DNA from: Bdellovibrionales bacterium
Lineage (GTDB): Bacteria; Bdellovibrionota; Bdellovibrionia; Bdellovibrionales; DASUEL01
DNA length: 64,000 nucleotides
Reading direction: 5' to 3'
NCBI GenBank assembly: GCA_050250255.1
Contig: JBFWOZ010000011.1
Coordinates: forward strand, 14,255 to 78,254
A model generated the notes under the pieces. It made no database searches, was not told the origin of the DNA, and saw only the letters and a list, made by a program, of their open reading frames with translations. The translations under genes and the position numbers were made by a program. Shown here in pieces: positions 20,389 to 30,421 of this stretch (the first letter of the stretch is position 1; each line of letters opens with the position of its first letter).

Positions 20389-22692
20389 TTGCTAAATCAT
20401 TTAGACTGGACGGAGCTGATTCGCGTTTTAGAAACCTTTGCCACTTCCGAACGTGCACGCGAATCCCTTCGACATCTTGAACCCCTATCAGAACCTCAAG
20501 CTGCACTTCAAAGCGTTTACGAAATTGAGGAAGCACGCATTATCGTGAACTCTGGTCGCAGGCCTTCTATGGAGAGTCTTGATATTTTTGCGACGTGGTT
20601 TGAACGTCTAAAAAAGCAAGCTACACTGAAAATCCTTGAGCTCAAAGATGTCAGACGTTTTTGCATGGAAGTACAAGGCGTTCAGGAAGCCACAAGCTCT
20701 TACTCTTCGACTTGGTTAAAATCGATTTTTACCGAATTATTTGATCCCAAAGAGGCTCTTTCCGCTATTGATCAAATCATTACGCCCTCAGGTGATATCC
20801 GCGCAGATGCCAGCGAAGAACTCTCACAACTTTTTAAATCGAAACAAGATAAAGAGCGACACTTACAATCGACACTTAATAAGCTAGTAAAAAATCACGG
20901 CTTGGAATCTGTCCTGCAAGATCGCTTTGTCACCAATCGCGAGGGTCGCTGGGTTCTACCCATTAAAAGCGGAATGCAGCACAACTTTCAGGGCATTATT
21001 CACGATGCCAGTCAGACAAAACAAACTGTTTTCATGGAACCACAGGAAGTGATTTCCATTAATAACGAACTTCGTGAAATTGAAATTAAAATAGAAAAAG
21101 AAATCGAAAAATTGATTACGGAGCTCTCTCACTATTTGTCTACCTACTGTCTCGCGCTTCAGAAAGCTCGTAACACTCTCGAGACAGTGGATATTCGCCT
21201 TTCTCAAGCCCAACTTTCCGAGCAACTCAACGCTCAGCCTTTTCGTTTTTCAAAAGAGAATATGTATCTCTCCAACTTAAGACATCCGATACTGGCATTG
21301 AAAAATCCTAAAGTGATTTCCAATACAGTTGAGCTGACGCATGCGCAGCGCATTCTCCTGCTGTCAGGTCCCAATGCTGGAGGAAAAACTGTTCTTTTAA
21401 AAGCGATCGGACTTGCCGCACAAATGGCACGCTGTGGATTACCCATTTGCGCCGACGAAAACTCAGAGGTCATATTTTTTCATCAGATTCACGTCGCCGT
21501 TGGAGACGAACAAAGTGTGCATCGCAACTTAAGTACGTTTGCCGCTCATCTCACAACACTAACAGAAGCCACAAAAGTAAAAGGTCCCGAACATCTCATC
21601 CTTGTGGATGAAATTTGTGGAGCTACCGATCCTGAAGAAGGCTCGGCACTCGCAAAATCTTTTATCGAACACTTTGCAAAGTCGGAAGTTTTTGGAATCA
21701 TTACCAGCCACTTGGGCGCCCTTAAAGAAGGCTGGTCAAAAGAGTCGGGAGTTCTCAACGGTCGCTTAGAGTACGACGAGATCGAAGGAAAATCGACCTA
21801 CAAACTTTTTCTCGGTCTACCAGGACAATCTCAGGCTCTTAAAACCGCAAAAGCAATTGGTGTTCCTCTATCGATCGTCGATCGTGCAGTGGAACTCTTG
21901 CATCCGGAAACACGTCATCGTAAAAAGAAACTCGATGAACTCGAAGCCATCAAAGATGAAATGCTTCAATCGAAGAAAAAAATGGAAGAAGAAGGTTCCA
22001 GGCTTAGTGCTCTAAAAAATTCCTATACTGAAATGGTGGAGAAATTTAAAAAAGAGCGCGAAGTTTTGATCCAAAAAAGCGTTAAACTTGCCGAACAAAA
22101 AATTGAAGCCTTTATTGAGGCCGCGAAATCTAGTCAGCAGCAGCTTAAATCTCTTCACGAAGTTAAAGATCAACTTCCTACGATCATTAAGTCGCCACAA
22201 AAAGTGAGCATTTCAAGCCCCGAAGAGTTTGCCACTAGTTTTCCAAGAGGCTCGCTCGTGTATGTGAGCGCGGTTGGCCAAGATGGCATTGTACAAAGCG
22301 AGCCGGATTCAAAAGGGCTCGTGACGATTCTCGCACAATCCATGAGAGTGCAGGTGAGCTGGAAAGACCTACTACCTCCTCGAAACGCCGCGAAAAGTAC
22401 TGCCGCTTCACGCCCTCGTGGGGGTAGTAATCAGTTGGTGGTGGACGAAAGAATCATCGACCTTCGCGGCCAAAGAGTGGAAGAAGCCCTTAGAGAATTG
22501 GATTCTCAACTGGATCTCGCCTTAAGAAACAAAGAAGACCGTTTAAAGGTCATTCACGGACATGGCACCGAAGTCTTAAAAAAATCTGTGAGAACTTATC
22601 TCTCCCGCTCCGTTTACGTACGAAAATGGCGTTCAGGTGACAACCAATCCGGCGGTGATGGCATCACCTGGGTCGAACTCTCCGACATCTAA
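20389..22692 (+). CDS. mutS2: MutS2 endonuclease/ATPase with Smr domain
   Basis: SGPNAGGKT, LSTFAAH, LVDEICGATDPEEG; C-terminal IDLRG...VIHGHGT Smr domain. Confidence 0.95.
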   Translation: MLNHLDWTELIRVLETFATSERARESLRHLEPLSEPQAALQSVYEIEEARIIVNSGRRPSMESLDIFATWFERLKKQATLKILELKDVRRFCMEVQGVQEATSSYSSTWLKSIFTELFDPKEALSAIDQIITPSGDIRADASEELSQLFKSKQDKERHLQSTLNKLVKNHGLESVLQDRFVTNREGRWVLPIKSGMQHNFQGIIHDASQTKQTVFMEPQEVISINNELREIEIKIEKEIEKLITELSHYLSTYCLALQKARNTLETVDIRLSQAQLSEQLNAQPFRFSKENMYLSNLRHPILALKNPKVISNTVELTHAQRILLLSGPNAGGKTVLLKAIGLAAQMARCGLPICADENSEVIFFHQIHVAVGDEQSVHRNLSTFAAHLTTLTEATKVKGPEHLILVDEICGATDPEEGSALAKSFIEHFAKSEVFGIITSHLGALKEGWSKESGVLNGRLEYDEIEGKSTYKLFLGLPGQSQALKTAKAIGVPLSIVDRAVELLHPETRHRKKKLDELEAIKDEMLQSKKKMEEEGSRLSALKNSYTEMVEKFKKEREVLIQKSVKLAEQKIEAFIEAAKSSQQQLKSLHEVKDQLPTIIKSPQKVSISSPEEFATSFPRGSLVYVSAVGQDGIVQSEPDSKGLVTILAQSMRVQVSWKDLLPPRNAAKSTAASRPRGGSNQLVVDERIIDLRGQRVEEALRELDSQLDLALRNKEDRLKVIHGHGTEVLKKSVRTYLSRSVYVRKWRSGDNQSGGDGITWVELSDI

Positions 22693-22775
22693 AAGGTGCC
22701 AGTGTCATTTTTCTGGCTACACCGCGGCCACTTCATGGAGCGATGTAGCCAGAAAAATGACACTGGCACCTTTTA
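22690..22775. repeat. Perfect 32-bp inverted repeat joining two convergent TAA stops (REP/MITE-like, possible bidirectional terminator)
   Basis: TAAAAGGTGCCAGTGTCATTTTTCTGGCTACA-N22-reverse complement. Confidence 0.92.
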
Positions 22776-23642
22776 AGCTCCGGGGATTTGGTTGCTGAAT
22801 TCTTGTTTTGGTGAGCAGTTCGGTTTGTCTTTGTAGGGCCACTTGTAATTTTTAGGTAACTCTACGACCGATTCCATGCAGGATTCGATTTCCACTCTCT
22901 CTTCGGCAGTCTTTAATTTTTCTTCCGTTCGGATTTCTGACCAAACAATCATTCCCTTTTTCACCGCAAAAAGAATTCGCCCATAGACCCTGCTCTCTAA
23001 AGAACCGCGAATCATTCCTGGTGGCAAAGTCACGCGACCTGAAATTTCGATGTCGGCGCACTGATCTTTATCGCCGCACTCTACAAATTGGGTCAAAATG
23101 GAAACCATATCAATTTTTAAAGGTAAAGCATTGTGACGACTGAGCCATGTATGCTCGAGCGTCCATGTATCTCCCTTAGAAACAGGGGTCGAGGGAAGGG
23201 GAATTGGCTGAACAAAGAAAATACTTTCTGAAGAATAACCTCCCGCCTTAAGTACGTGAGCCGAGGGAGTAAGGATAAAATCGATACTTTCATTGAGTTC
23301 TGGAAACGAAAGGTCATTGAGCTCAACCGCACCTTCTTTTTGCAGAGTCTGAATGCGATAACGGATATTTCCGTTTGGTAACACCTCAATCACTGTGCTC
23401 TTTGTTGTGAAGTCGACGAATTCTTCTCTCTTCACTTTAATTTTACGCGCATCACTTGTCGATTTCGTAGAAATATAGCGATATTTTAAGACATCAACAT
23501 GACCCTTAGTTTTACTGATTTCAAGTCGAATGGGTTCTTTGAAAATCACTTCTTTGACTTTACTTGCGCCGGGAAGAGAATCTACTTTTGCCCCGTGACT
23601 ACACCCAACCATAATCAATAAAAGAAGCCATTTCACTTTCAT
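22773..23642 (-). CDS. Hypothetical lipoprotein
   Basis: Lipobox IMVGC; PLPSTPVSKGDTWT motif typical of beta-rich exported proteins. Confidence 0.65.
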   Translation of the reverse strand: MKVKWLLLLIMVGCSHGAKVDSLPGASKVKEVIFKEPIRLEISKTKGHVDVLKYRYISTKSTSDARKIKVKREEFVDFTTKSTVIEVLPNGNIRYRIQTLQKEGAVELNDLSFPELNESIDFILTPSAHVLKAGGYSSESIFFVQPIPLPSTPVSKGDTWTLEHTWLSRHNALPLKIDMVSILTQFVECGDKDQCADIEISGRVTLPPGMIRGSLESRVYGRILFAVKKGMIVWSEIRTEEKLKTAEERVEIESCMESVVELPKNYKWPYKDKPNCSPKQEFSNQIPGA

Positions 23643-23661
23643 AGAAATTCTCCGGCAATGC

Positions 23662-24522
23662 CTAATGTGTTTCGTCGGGAGTATCGGTTTCGCTATTGAG
23701 CGAGTGACCTTGACGATATCGTTCTACAAGCTGCTCATCTTTTGTCGGAAAAGAAAATAGAATGAAATGACTGCCAGACATAACATCCTGAATAGTGACC
23801 ACAACGTATTTCACGTCCCCTTCATCTAAACTAAATTCCTTAATAAAATGAACAAGCGTATTACCCTGAAGATCTGATTTTCTCCAAATTTCATCAGCTT
23901 CTTCAATCGCCTCTTGTCGCAAGTGTATATACTTTGCGAATTCATCTTCTGGAATATCCTTATTGGATCGGACGCCTATCATCGCTTGAAAGAGATTTTG
24001 CGCCATCTCATCGCCCTCAGAAAGTGCGTCCCCTTCTGAGGCTTCAATTTCGATTTCCGATTGAGATTTGTCATATATCAAACGACCCCGTCGGTAGTGC
24101 TCAACCAATTTTAAATCCGTTGTGGGGAAGTGTAAGAAAACAAAATTTGGTGCCGACTGAGTTTGTGTTACAATTGCGATATAATAAATGCTTTGGTCAT
24201 CAACAGAAAATTCACCAATGTACTGATGTAGAGGGGTGCCCTTTACTGTTTCTGTGTCTTCCCAAATTTCAGAAGGTTCCTCTAAAAGAGTGTTTAAACA
24301 ATCTTCGTATTTAGAAAATTCCTCTTGAGAGATATCATCATCTCCTCGGTGCGCCATGTACTCTTTTTCTAACTCACCGATTGGATTTGCAAAATGCTCG
24401 TAAAGACATTTTTCTGAGCAAAAGATGAGATCTTTCTCTTCATCGATGATGAAAGCATCTTTCTCTTCCACTGCATTTTTGCAGTTATGACATTTTGTCA
24501 CGAGCCATTTTTTCGATGTCAT
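23662..24522 (-). CDS. Zn-finger protein with two tandem homologous domains (PBECR2-like nuclease fold)
   Basis: CHNC...FCSEKC; two copies of EIW...F..FPT.D..LVE.YR.G. Confidence 0.6.
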   Translation of the reverse strand: MTSKKWLVTKCHNCKNAVEEKDAFIIDEEKDLIFCSEKCLYEHFANPIGELEKEYMAHRGDDDISQEEFSKYEDCLNTLLEEPSEIWEDTETVKGTPLHQYIGEFSVDDQSIYYIAIVTQTQSAPNFVFLHFPTTDLKLVEHYRRGRLIYDKSQSEIEIEASEGDALSEGDEMAQNLFQAMIGVRSNKDIPEDEFAKYIHLRQEAIEEADEIWRKSDLQGNTLVHFIKEFSLDEGDVKYVVVTIQDVMSGSHFILFSFPTKDEQLVERYRQGHSLNSETDTPDETH

Positions 24523-25406
24523 TAAAATTGAACCCCAACATCTGTCCGCCAAGTCAAATCACTCGCGCTTGGCAAAGAGGAATCCCATACGGCCACTTCA
24601 GTCTCTTTTGAGGAACGAGATTGAGCAAGAGGATAAGTGAGTCGGCTCGAGATAAAAAATTGCGAAGCATGTTGCCATTTCACTCCGGGGCCTATTCCTG
24701 CCCAATCCACTCCTCGAGCGATTTCCATTTTATCTTTGGCCACACCATAAGCGCGATACCACAGCATATGTCCAAACACCGTCCACTGACGAAATATTTT
24801 TCGACCTACCATCAATTCCAAATCAACGATATCGCGAATATCAACGCTTGTGTCTTCTTCATTCAGTCTCCAGCGATAACCTACGCCGAGACTGCTCACA
24901 TAACGAAGTGGATTGAATTTCCATTCCATACCGGCTCGGTAAGTGTCGTGACGGGCTGCGAGTTTACTTCCGGGCCTAGAAAAGGTCGCCATCCCATGAA
25001 TCCACGTTTCAAGTCGTCCCATGTCCCAAACACTCAGAGCAAAACGACCATAGGGATTCCCTATTTCCTTCACTTCACCGCCGCGAACTTGGCCTACCAA
25101 ATAATTTCCACCAAACCCAAATTCGTAACGCCCTGGCTTCCTCAATGTGAGACCTAGACCATAGGATGTGCCGCTTTGACGAAAGCTCTCATTACGAAAA
25201 CTGTCAGCTTCAAGCCCAAATCCCCATCTCGCACCGTAAAATAACCCTGGAGCCTCGTAATTGGTACGTGTCTGAGGAATTTCCTCAGGCTCGTCATCAA
25301 CAGCGCTCTCGGATTCTGGAATCGCTTCGTATTCTTGTGCCTGGACTAAAGTTAGAGGGAATATGAATACGAGTAATAAACTAAAAACAAAAAAACACTT
25401 TCTCAT
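24522..25406 (-). CDS. Hypothetical outer-membrane beta-barrel protein
   Basis: Signal peptide, amphipathic strands, C-terminal Phe (VGVQF). Confidence 0.65.
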   Translation of the reverse strand: MRKCFFVFSLLLVFIFPLTLVQAQEYEAIPESESAVDDEPEEIPQTRTNYEAPGLFYGARWGFGLEADSFRNESFRQSGTSYGLGLTLRKPGRYEFGFGGNYLVGQVRGGEVKEIGNPYGRFALSVWDMGRLETWIHGMATFSRPGSKLAARHDTYRAGMEWKFNPLRYVSSLGVGYRWRLNEEDTSVDIRDIVDLELMVGRKIFRQWTVFGHMLWYRAYGVAKDKMEIARGVDWAGIGPGVKWQHASQFFISSRLTYPLAQSRSSKETEVAVWDSSLPSASDLTWRTDVGVQF

Positions 25407-25589
25407 CTATCACCCCATTCATAGGATAAAGTTTGACGACAAATCATGTCAATCAAACATGTCGGGACCACTCACTTTGGGGCTTGCAACTCTCTGTGAT
25501 CACACAGCAAAATAGAGGTAGAGAAAAAACAAGACCGTCCATTCTCTATTTAGATTTTTAATTGATCGAATGAGCAAGGAGGCTCTTAC

Positions 25590-25907
25590 GTGATTTATAT
25601 CAATCAGGAACAGCTCAAAGAACTTGAAGCGCTACTCTCTCAGTCGGCCAATGGAATTCATCTGCTCTTTGATCACAAATCTCTGACAGATATTCTCCAA
25701 CATCCCACTGAGGCAATGGAGTTTTTCACAATGGAAAACCTCAACCGGGTACAAAGTATTCTTGGAGAATTTTTGAAGAGACAAAAATTTGATGAGAAGC
25801 AAAAATATCTTTTTTCTCTCGATAAAGAGAGTTACGAGCTGCTCGTAAGAAGCTATTTTAACATCGTAGAAAATACGATTTTAGAAACAACCAAATTGAG
25901 ACACTAA
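25590..25907 (+). CDS. Hypothetical protein
   Basis: 105-aa ORF, GTG start with an AAGGAGG RBS. Confidence 0.7.
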   Translation: MIYINQEQLKELEALLSQSANGIHLLFDHKSLTDILQHPTEAMEFFTMENLNRVQSILGEFLKRQKFDEKQKYLFSLDKESYELLVRSYFNIVENTILETTKLRH

Positions 25908-25920
25908 TTCTCGTCTCATT

Positions 25921-25947
25921 TTAGATTCGCTATTTATTGGCCGATAA
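25921..25947 (+). promoter_or_regulatory. Putative FliA (sigma28) promoter
   Basis: TTAG-N15-GCCGATAA ending 6 bp before the ATG at 25954. Confidence 0.55.
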
Positions 25948-25953
25948 AGATGT

Positions 25954-26214
25954 ATGGTTTTCTTTATCGGCCTTTTTATTTCTATGGGCGTAACTGGCGT
26001 TTCTCAAGCCGATTATCGCGCTTACCAACTCCAGATTTCAAAAAATGGGCAGACTGTTCGAACCGTGATCGCAACTCTTGATCACTATCAATATCCTGAA
26101 TACTACCCTCTAGAAACTGAGGAAACGGTCGAGTATATTGACTCATGGATGTGCTACGGGCGCTTTGAAAAATTCGCTCCTCCATGCGCAAATACTAAAA
26201 TAACTGCCAACTAG
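25954..26214 (+). CDS. Small secreted hypothetical protein
   Basis: Signal peptide ending SQA; two C-terminal Cys. Confidence 0.6.
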   Translation: MVFFIGLFISMGVTGVSQADYRAYQLQISKNGQTVRTVIATLDHYQYPEYYPLETEETVEYIDSWMCYGRFEKFAPPCANTKITAN

Positions 26215-26328
26215 ACCAGTTCAACGTCTAATTCCCGTTACCCTTCCCTCAACGCACCCCTCAGAAAATGGTACAGTAAACTAAGGTTGTGGCTGATTTT
26301 TCAATCAGCATAAACGTTCCAGGAGGGA

Positions 26329-27723
26329 ATGGCCGTGGCTGACATGAACATCCAAGATGCCAATAAAAATATCGCGGATCTTCAGGCTCAGTATGAGCGC
26401 AAAAAACGCGAAGTCGTTCAAAAAGGCGAAACTGAAATCAAAGAACTCCAGGAAGCCAATAAAGAACGTGAGATGGCAGTTCGTGGCCAAGGCGAAGCCG
26501 CCGTTAATCACATTTCTAAAAACAAAACAGCACAAATTAACGCCCTGCAGGCGCAAAGCCAAAACGCCGTACAGTACGCCAAAGAAAAAATTGATCATGT
26601 CGTTCAAGAACAGCAAGAGTTCGGAAAAGTACAATCTAAAAAATTGCAAGAAGCTCAAGCCAAGTACACGAAACAAATGCAAGAGCAACAAATGCAAATG
26701 TCTAAGCAGCTTGCAGAATTAAAAGCCGAAAATCGCGAAACAATCGAAGGTGAATCGCAGAAATTTTCTCAAGAAAAGATGAAGTATAAAAACCAACTTC
26801 AGCAGCAGATAAAACAAAACGAAGAGAGATTAAAAGAAGTTCGTAATCGCAGTTCTGAGCAAATTGAAAAAGAAATGGCTATCAACTCACAGCAGTACAA
26901 CCGTATTCAAGACGCTTACCAGAGCAATATCCAAGAGAAAAAAGTAGAGACCGAAAAGAAAATTCAAGATCTTGAAGCCAGAACGAGCGCTGAGTTTGAA
27001 CGTCAAAAGACAGTAAATCAGAAAAAAGTTCAAGAAGTTCACAAGATGGGAATGGAGCAAAGTACCAAGATCGAAAACGATCAAAATATGATGCTTCAAA
27101 AAAGAAAACTGCAACATGAAGCCACAAAAACAAAACAGGAAGAATATTTAAATAAAGATGTGATGGAGCAAAAAGCCCGTCACGAAAGAATCGTCAATGA
27201 AACAAAACGACGCGCTCAAGATGAGCTCGCTATCACCAATAGACAACACGAAGATCGTCTTCACAAACAGCGCGCGGACTTCAACCGTACTTACCAAAAA
27301 AATCAGGACATCAATAAACAAACTCTGCAAAGCCAGAGTGAACACATCATTCGCGCCATCCAGAATCAGCGCAAAGAACTTTTAAGCCAAGTCAAAAATT
27401 ACACCGATAAACAGGGTGATCCGTTTTATCACATCGTCGACTACAAATCGAAATTGAACGAAGGTGCCGAGTCTTACACTTTTTCTACCATCGTTCCTGA
27501 AACAGAAAGAAAAAACATCACCGTCCGAGTACATCCCGATAAGGTGGTTTTAAGTGGCATTCGTTCTTTTGAAGATAAAACAGAAGATCAAGGAAGGAAG
27601 CTCAGCACCAATTCCTACCAAACATTCCATGAGGAATTTGCGCTCAGCCGTCCAATAAAAGAAAACAAAATTGTTCAGATTTACGAAGAGGGAGTACTCT
27701 CCGTTTTCATCCCCAAGGCTTGA
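26329..27723 (+). CDS. Long coiled-coil protein with a C-terminal Hsp20/alpha-crystallin-like domain
   Basis: About 360 aa of Q/E/K-rich helix, then VVLSGIR...SYQTFHEEFAL...YEEGVLSVFIPK. Confidence 0.75.
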   Translation: MAVADMNIQDANKNIADLQAQYERKKREVVQKGETEIKELQEANKEREMAVRGQGEAAVNHISKNKTAQINALQAQSQNAVQYAKEKIDHVVQEQQEFGKVQSKKLQEAQAKYTKQMQEQQMQMSKQLAELKAENRETIEGESQKFSQEKMKYKNQLQQQIKQNEERLKEVRNRSSEQIEKEMAINSQQYNRIQDAYQSNIQEKKVETEKKIQDLEARTSAEFERQKTVNQKKVQEVHKMGMEQSTKIENDQNMMLQKRKLQHEATKTKQEEYLNKDVMEQKARHERIVNETKRRAQDELAITNRQHEDRLHKQRADFNRTYQKNQDINKQTLQSQSEHIIRAIQNQRKELLSQVKNYTDKQGDPFYHIVDYKSKLNEGAESYTFSTIVPETERKNITVRVHPDKVVLSGIRSFEDKTEDQGRKLSTNSYQTFHEEFALSRPIKENKIVQIYEEGVLSVFIPKA

Positions 27724-27837
27724 ATTTTCTCGTAAAAAAATCGGATCCTTCGTTGCTCGGTCGGGTCGCTTGTGCAACATACAGGAAGTATGTTTCCGCG
27801 CTCCCCTCGGCTGCGATCTTTTTACGAGAAAATTCAA
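27720..27837. repeat. 118-bp palindromic element with 24-bp terminal inverted repeats
   Basis: TTGAATTTTCTCGTAAAAAAATCG / CGATCTTTTTACGAGAAAATTCAA (23/24); inner AACATAC-AGGAA-GTATGTT hairpin. Confidence 0.88.
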
Positions 27838-27846
27838 ATTTATAAA

Positions 27847-28092
27847 TTATCGTCTTAAGAGAGTTTCGACTTCGCCAAGCATGTACTGAAGTTTGCCGTG
27901 AAGGTCTTCAAGACGCGTGAGATTCCCGCGAAGTTCTTCCAAAATGGCCGGGCGACCAAAGTGCAATTCCCCTTCACGTTTAAGAAGCTCATATAAAGAC
28001 GCTTCCGCATGCACCATTTCTTTTTCGATAATCATGCTCTCTGGAGCACCAGAAGTTGCTTCGAGAACGTTGGTGGGAGGCGTTTTACTCAT
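27847..28092 (-). CDS. Small hypothetical protein (alternative start 28131)
   Basis: C-terminal coiled-coil LEDLHGKLQYMLGEVETLLRR; GAAGGA RBS before 28092. Confidence 0.55.
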   Translation of the reverse strand: MSKTPPTNVLEATSGAPESMIIEKEMVHAEASLYELLKREGELHFGRPAILEELRGNLTRLEDLHGKLQYMLGEVETLLRR

Positions 28093-28243
28093 GATATCCT
28101 TCTTATCTTTCGTGTAACGTCGTCTAAACATGTTGTAGCGTCTGTATTGCCTGATTTTAGGGCCTTTTGGGGCCGCTATCCAGACCTAATGCTAGTCTTG
28201 CAAATACGATGCGCAACTTAAATCATCTTACAAACGGCGAAAT

Positions 28244-28840
28244 TTAATACTCACATTTCAATGATGCGACGTCTGCAGGAGCCGGGGACCTTCTTAATTC
28301 TCCATTATCCAAAACGAGGGCCATAACGCTCCCTGACTCGGTATTATGCTGCAGTCCCAAAACATGCCCAATTTCGTGCACGAGGAGACTTTCTATGTCC
28401 ACTTTTGTGCCGTCAGGCTGGAGGGAATATTCAAAGTTTTTTGCGTTGATTTTGATATCGGCTTCTTTGATTCGGTTGGCTTCCCAGTAGATTGTGGTGC
28501 GAGCTTGCTCCCCAGGCTTTTCATCTTCCCAAGTATTTAGCCAGTAAATTCCCGAAACACCATCACGAGCGGGAGCATTCTCTGCACCTACAACTCCTGC
28601 ATCACGAACTAACGGGCGCCCGAGAGCTTTCTCCCACTGAACCATGGCACTTCTAAGAGCCGGCAAATATTGCGATGGAAAAGAACTATGAACATAGAGG
28701 TGAACAGGGACCGCGTCTTTCCAAGATACACGTTGGACGCTGCTATTTTGTACAAAATTGCAGGATTCTTGAGGCTCTTGTTTTTGACTACAAGAGGTTC
28801 CTAAAAATACGATGAGAAGCAAAACAATCCACTTCTTCAT
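28244..28840 (-). CDS. Matrixin (M10) family metalloprotease lipoprotein
   Basis: Lipobox LGTSC; HEIGHVLGLQH with SVM Met-turn. Confidence 0.9.
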   Translation of the reverse strand: MKKWIVLLLIVFLGTSCSQKQEPQESCNFVQNSSVQRVSWKDAVPVHLYVHSSFPSQYLPALRSAMVQWEKALGRPLVRDAGVVGAENAPARDGVSGIYWLNTWEDEKPGEQARTTIYWEANRIKEADIKINAKNFEYSLQPDGTKVDIESLLVHEIGHVLGLQHNTESGSVMALVLDNGELRRSPAPADVASLKCEY

Positions 28841-29140
28841 GTTCACAACGTTAACCACTCTAGAATCCTTTTCCAAAAGGAGAGCCAATTGAGGCTCAAC
28901 TGAGAAACTACAAGTCTTTGATATTTAACGGCTTTTTTTAATAAAAAAGGAATGGTCTTTAGGCGTGATGGCTGAAATAAAGAGGTTCTGCCCCTAAATC
29001 TCTTAACCCGACCTCTAACTGACTGAAATAAGAAGGGATTTTCAGTGCCTATAATCTCGACACGGAAAAAGAAAGGAAGGCCCAAAATCGACCTTAATTT
29101 CTGCTGCCAAATCTCCCTTCACGCCTTTATTCTTTAGGGT

Positions 29141-30421
29141 ATGTATTCACACAGTATTCGCATCTTGGGAATTCTCTTACTTCTCTCTTCATGTGCTCGC
29201 GCGCCTTTAAAAGAAATGAGTGAGGCGACGCGCGCCACCACCTGCCCGACCTTCCAAGATAGTCTCCCCATAGAGACTCTAGAAAAGGGTCTTAAAGAGA
29301 ACATCGAATTCCTCAAAACCAACTCTCGAGGCCCGAGCGTTTATCAGTTTGGTGATCGAGTCATGTCCCGTACGGATTATGTCCTTGCTCTCGAATACCT
29401 CTCCGAGAAAATACATAAAGAGTGGAACACCCCGGAGCTTCAAAAAACTTTCAACGAACAGTTTGAATGTTTTGAGGTTTATGGCGGCGAAAGTTGGGGA
29501 AATGTTTTTGTGACCTCCTACTTTGAACCTCTGCTTTTATCTTCCAGAAAGCAAACTGCAAAACACTCACAGCCTCTCTATCGAATACCACCCAACATGG
29601 TACTCATTCAGATGGATGAGTTTTTTCAGACCTTCCCAACTTTACGGGAGAACATGAAAAATCCTAACGAACAACGGACTCCTTTCTCAGTTCTACGCGG
29701 ACGTTTAGAAGCGTCGAAGAATTCCGATGAACCGCCGACTATTCATCCCTTTTATGATCGTAAAGGCATTGATCAAGACTACTCTTTGAAAAAACAAAAA
29801 ATAGAAATTGCTTGGGTAGATCCCATTGACGCTTTTTTTCTACAGATTCAAGGCTCGGGAACTTTAGAATACTCGGATAGGTCAAAGGTGCGCGTAGGTT
29901 ATGCCGGACAAAATGGACACAAGTATGAAGCGCTCGGAAAATTTTTGACCGATGTGATTCCTCTTGAGTCCATGACCATGCATACGATCGAAGAACATCT
30001 TCGTACCTTGCCGAAGGACCAACTCCAAACGCTACTGAACAAAAACCCAAGCTACGTCTTCTTCAAAAAACTCGATAGCAAAGCCATCACTTATCTAGGT
30101 ACGCCCGTTATCGCGAGGCGAACCATCGCGACTGATCAGCGCTTTTTCCAAAAAGGCTCGCTTGCCTATTTAGAGATTGAAGAGCCTGTTTTTGAAAAAC
30201 CGACTGATACGATTCCTAAAGAATGGGTCGCAAAACCTCGATTCGTGATTGATCAAGATACCGGTGGCGCCATTCGTGGCGGCGGTCGCGTCGACCTTTT
30301 TTGGGGAGAAGGTGCGGAGGCCAGACAAGCTGCAGGAGTTATGAAAAGCAAAGGGCGTCTCGTTTACATCGCTCCCAAACAAACTCTTCTCGATCAACTC
30401 ATAAAGACAAAACCAAAATGA
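29141..30421 (+). CDS. mltA: Membrane-bound lytic murein transglycosylase A (lipoprotein)
   Basis: Lipobox LSSC; VTSYFEP, FFLQIQGSG, NPSYVFF, DQDTGGAIRG..RVDLFWG. Confidence 0.92.
   Translation: MYSHSIRILGILLLLSSCARAPLKEMSEATRATTCPTFQDSLPIETLEKGLKENIEFLKTNSRGPSVYQFGDRVMSRTDYVLALEYLSEKIHKEWNTPELQKTFNEQFECFEVYGGESWGNVFVTSYFEPLLLSSRKQTAKHSQPLYRIPPNMVLIQMDEFFQTFPTLRENMKNPNEQRTPFSVLRGRLEASKNSDEPPTIHPFYDRKGIDQDYSLKKQKIEIAWVDPIDAFFLQIQGSGTLEYSDRSKVRVGYAGQNGHKYEALGKFLTDVIPLESMTMHTIEEHLRTLPKDQLQTLLNKNPSYVFFKKLDSKAITYLGTPVIARRTIATDQRFFQKGSLAYLEIEEPVFEKPTDTIPKEWVAKPRFVIDQDTGGAIRGGGRVDLFWGEGAEARQAAGVMKSKGRLVYIAPKQTLLDQLIKTKPK

Noticed and set aside
30301..30417. Extended N-terminus of the DUF2079-like gene
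   Set aside because: It lies inside mltA; the ATGA-coupled start at 30418 is more plausible.
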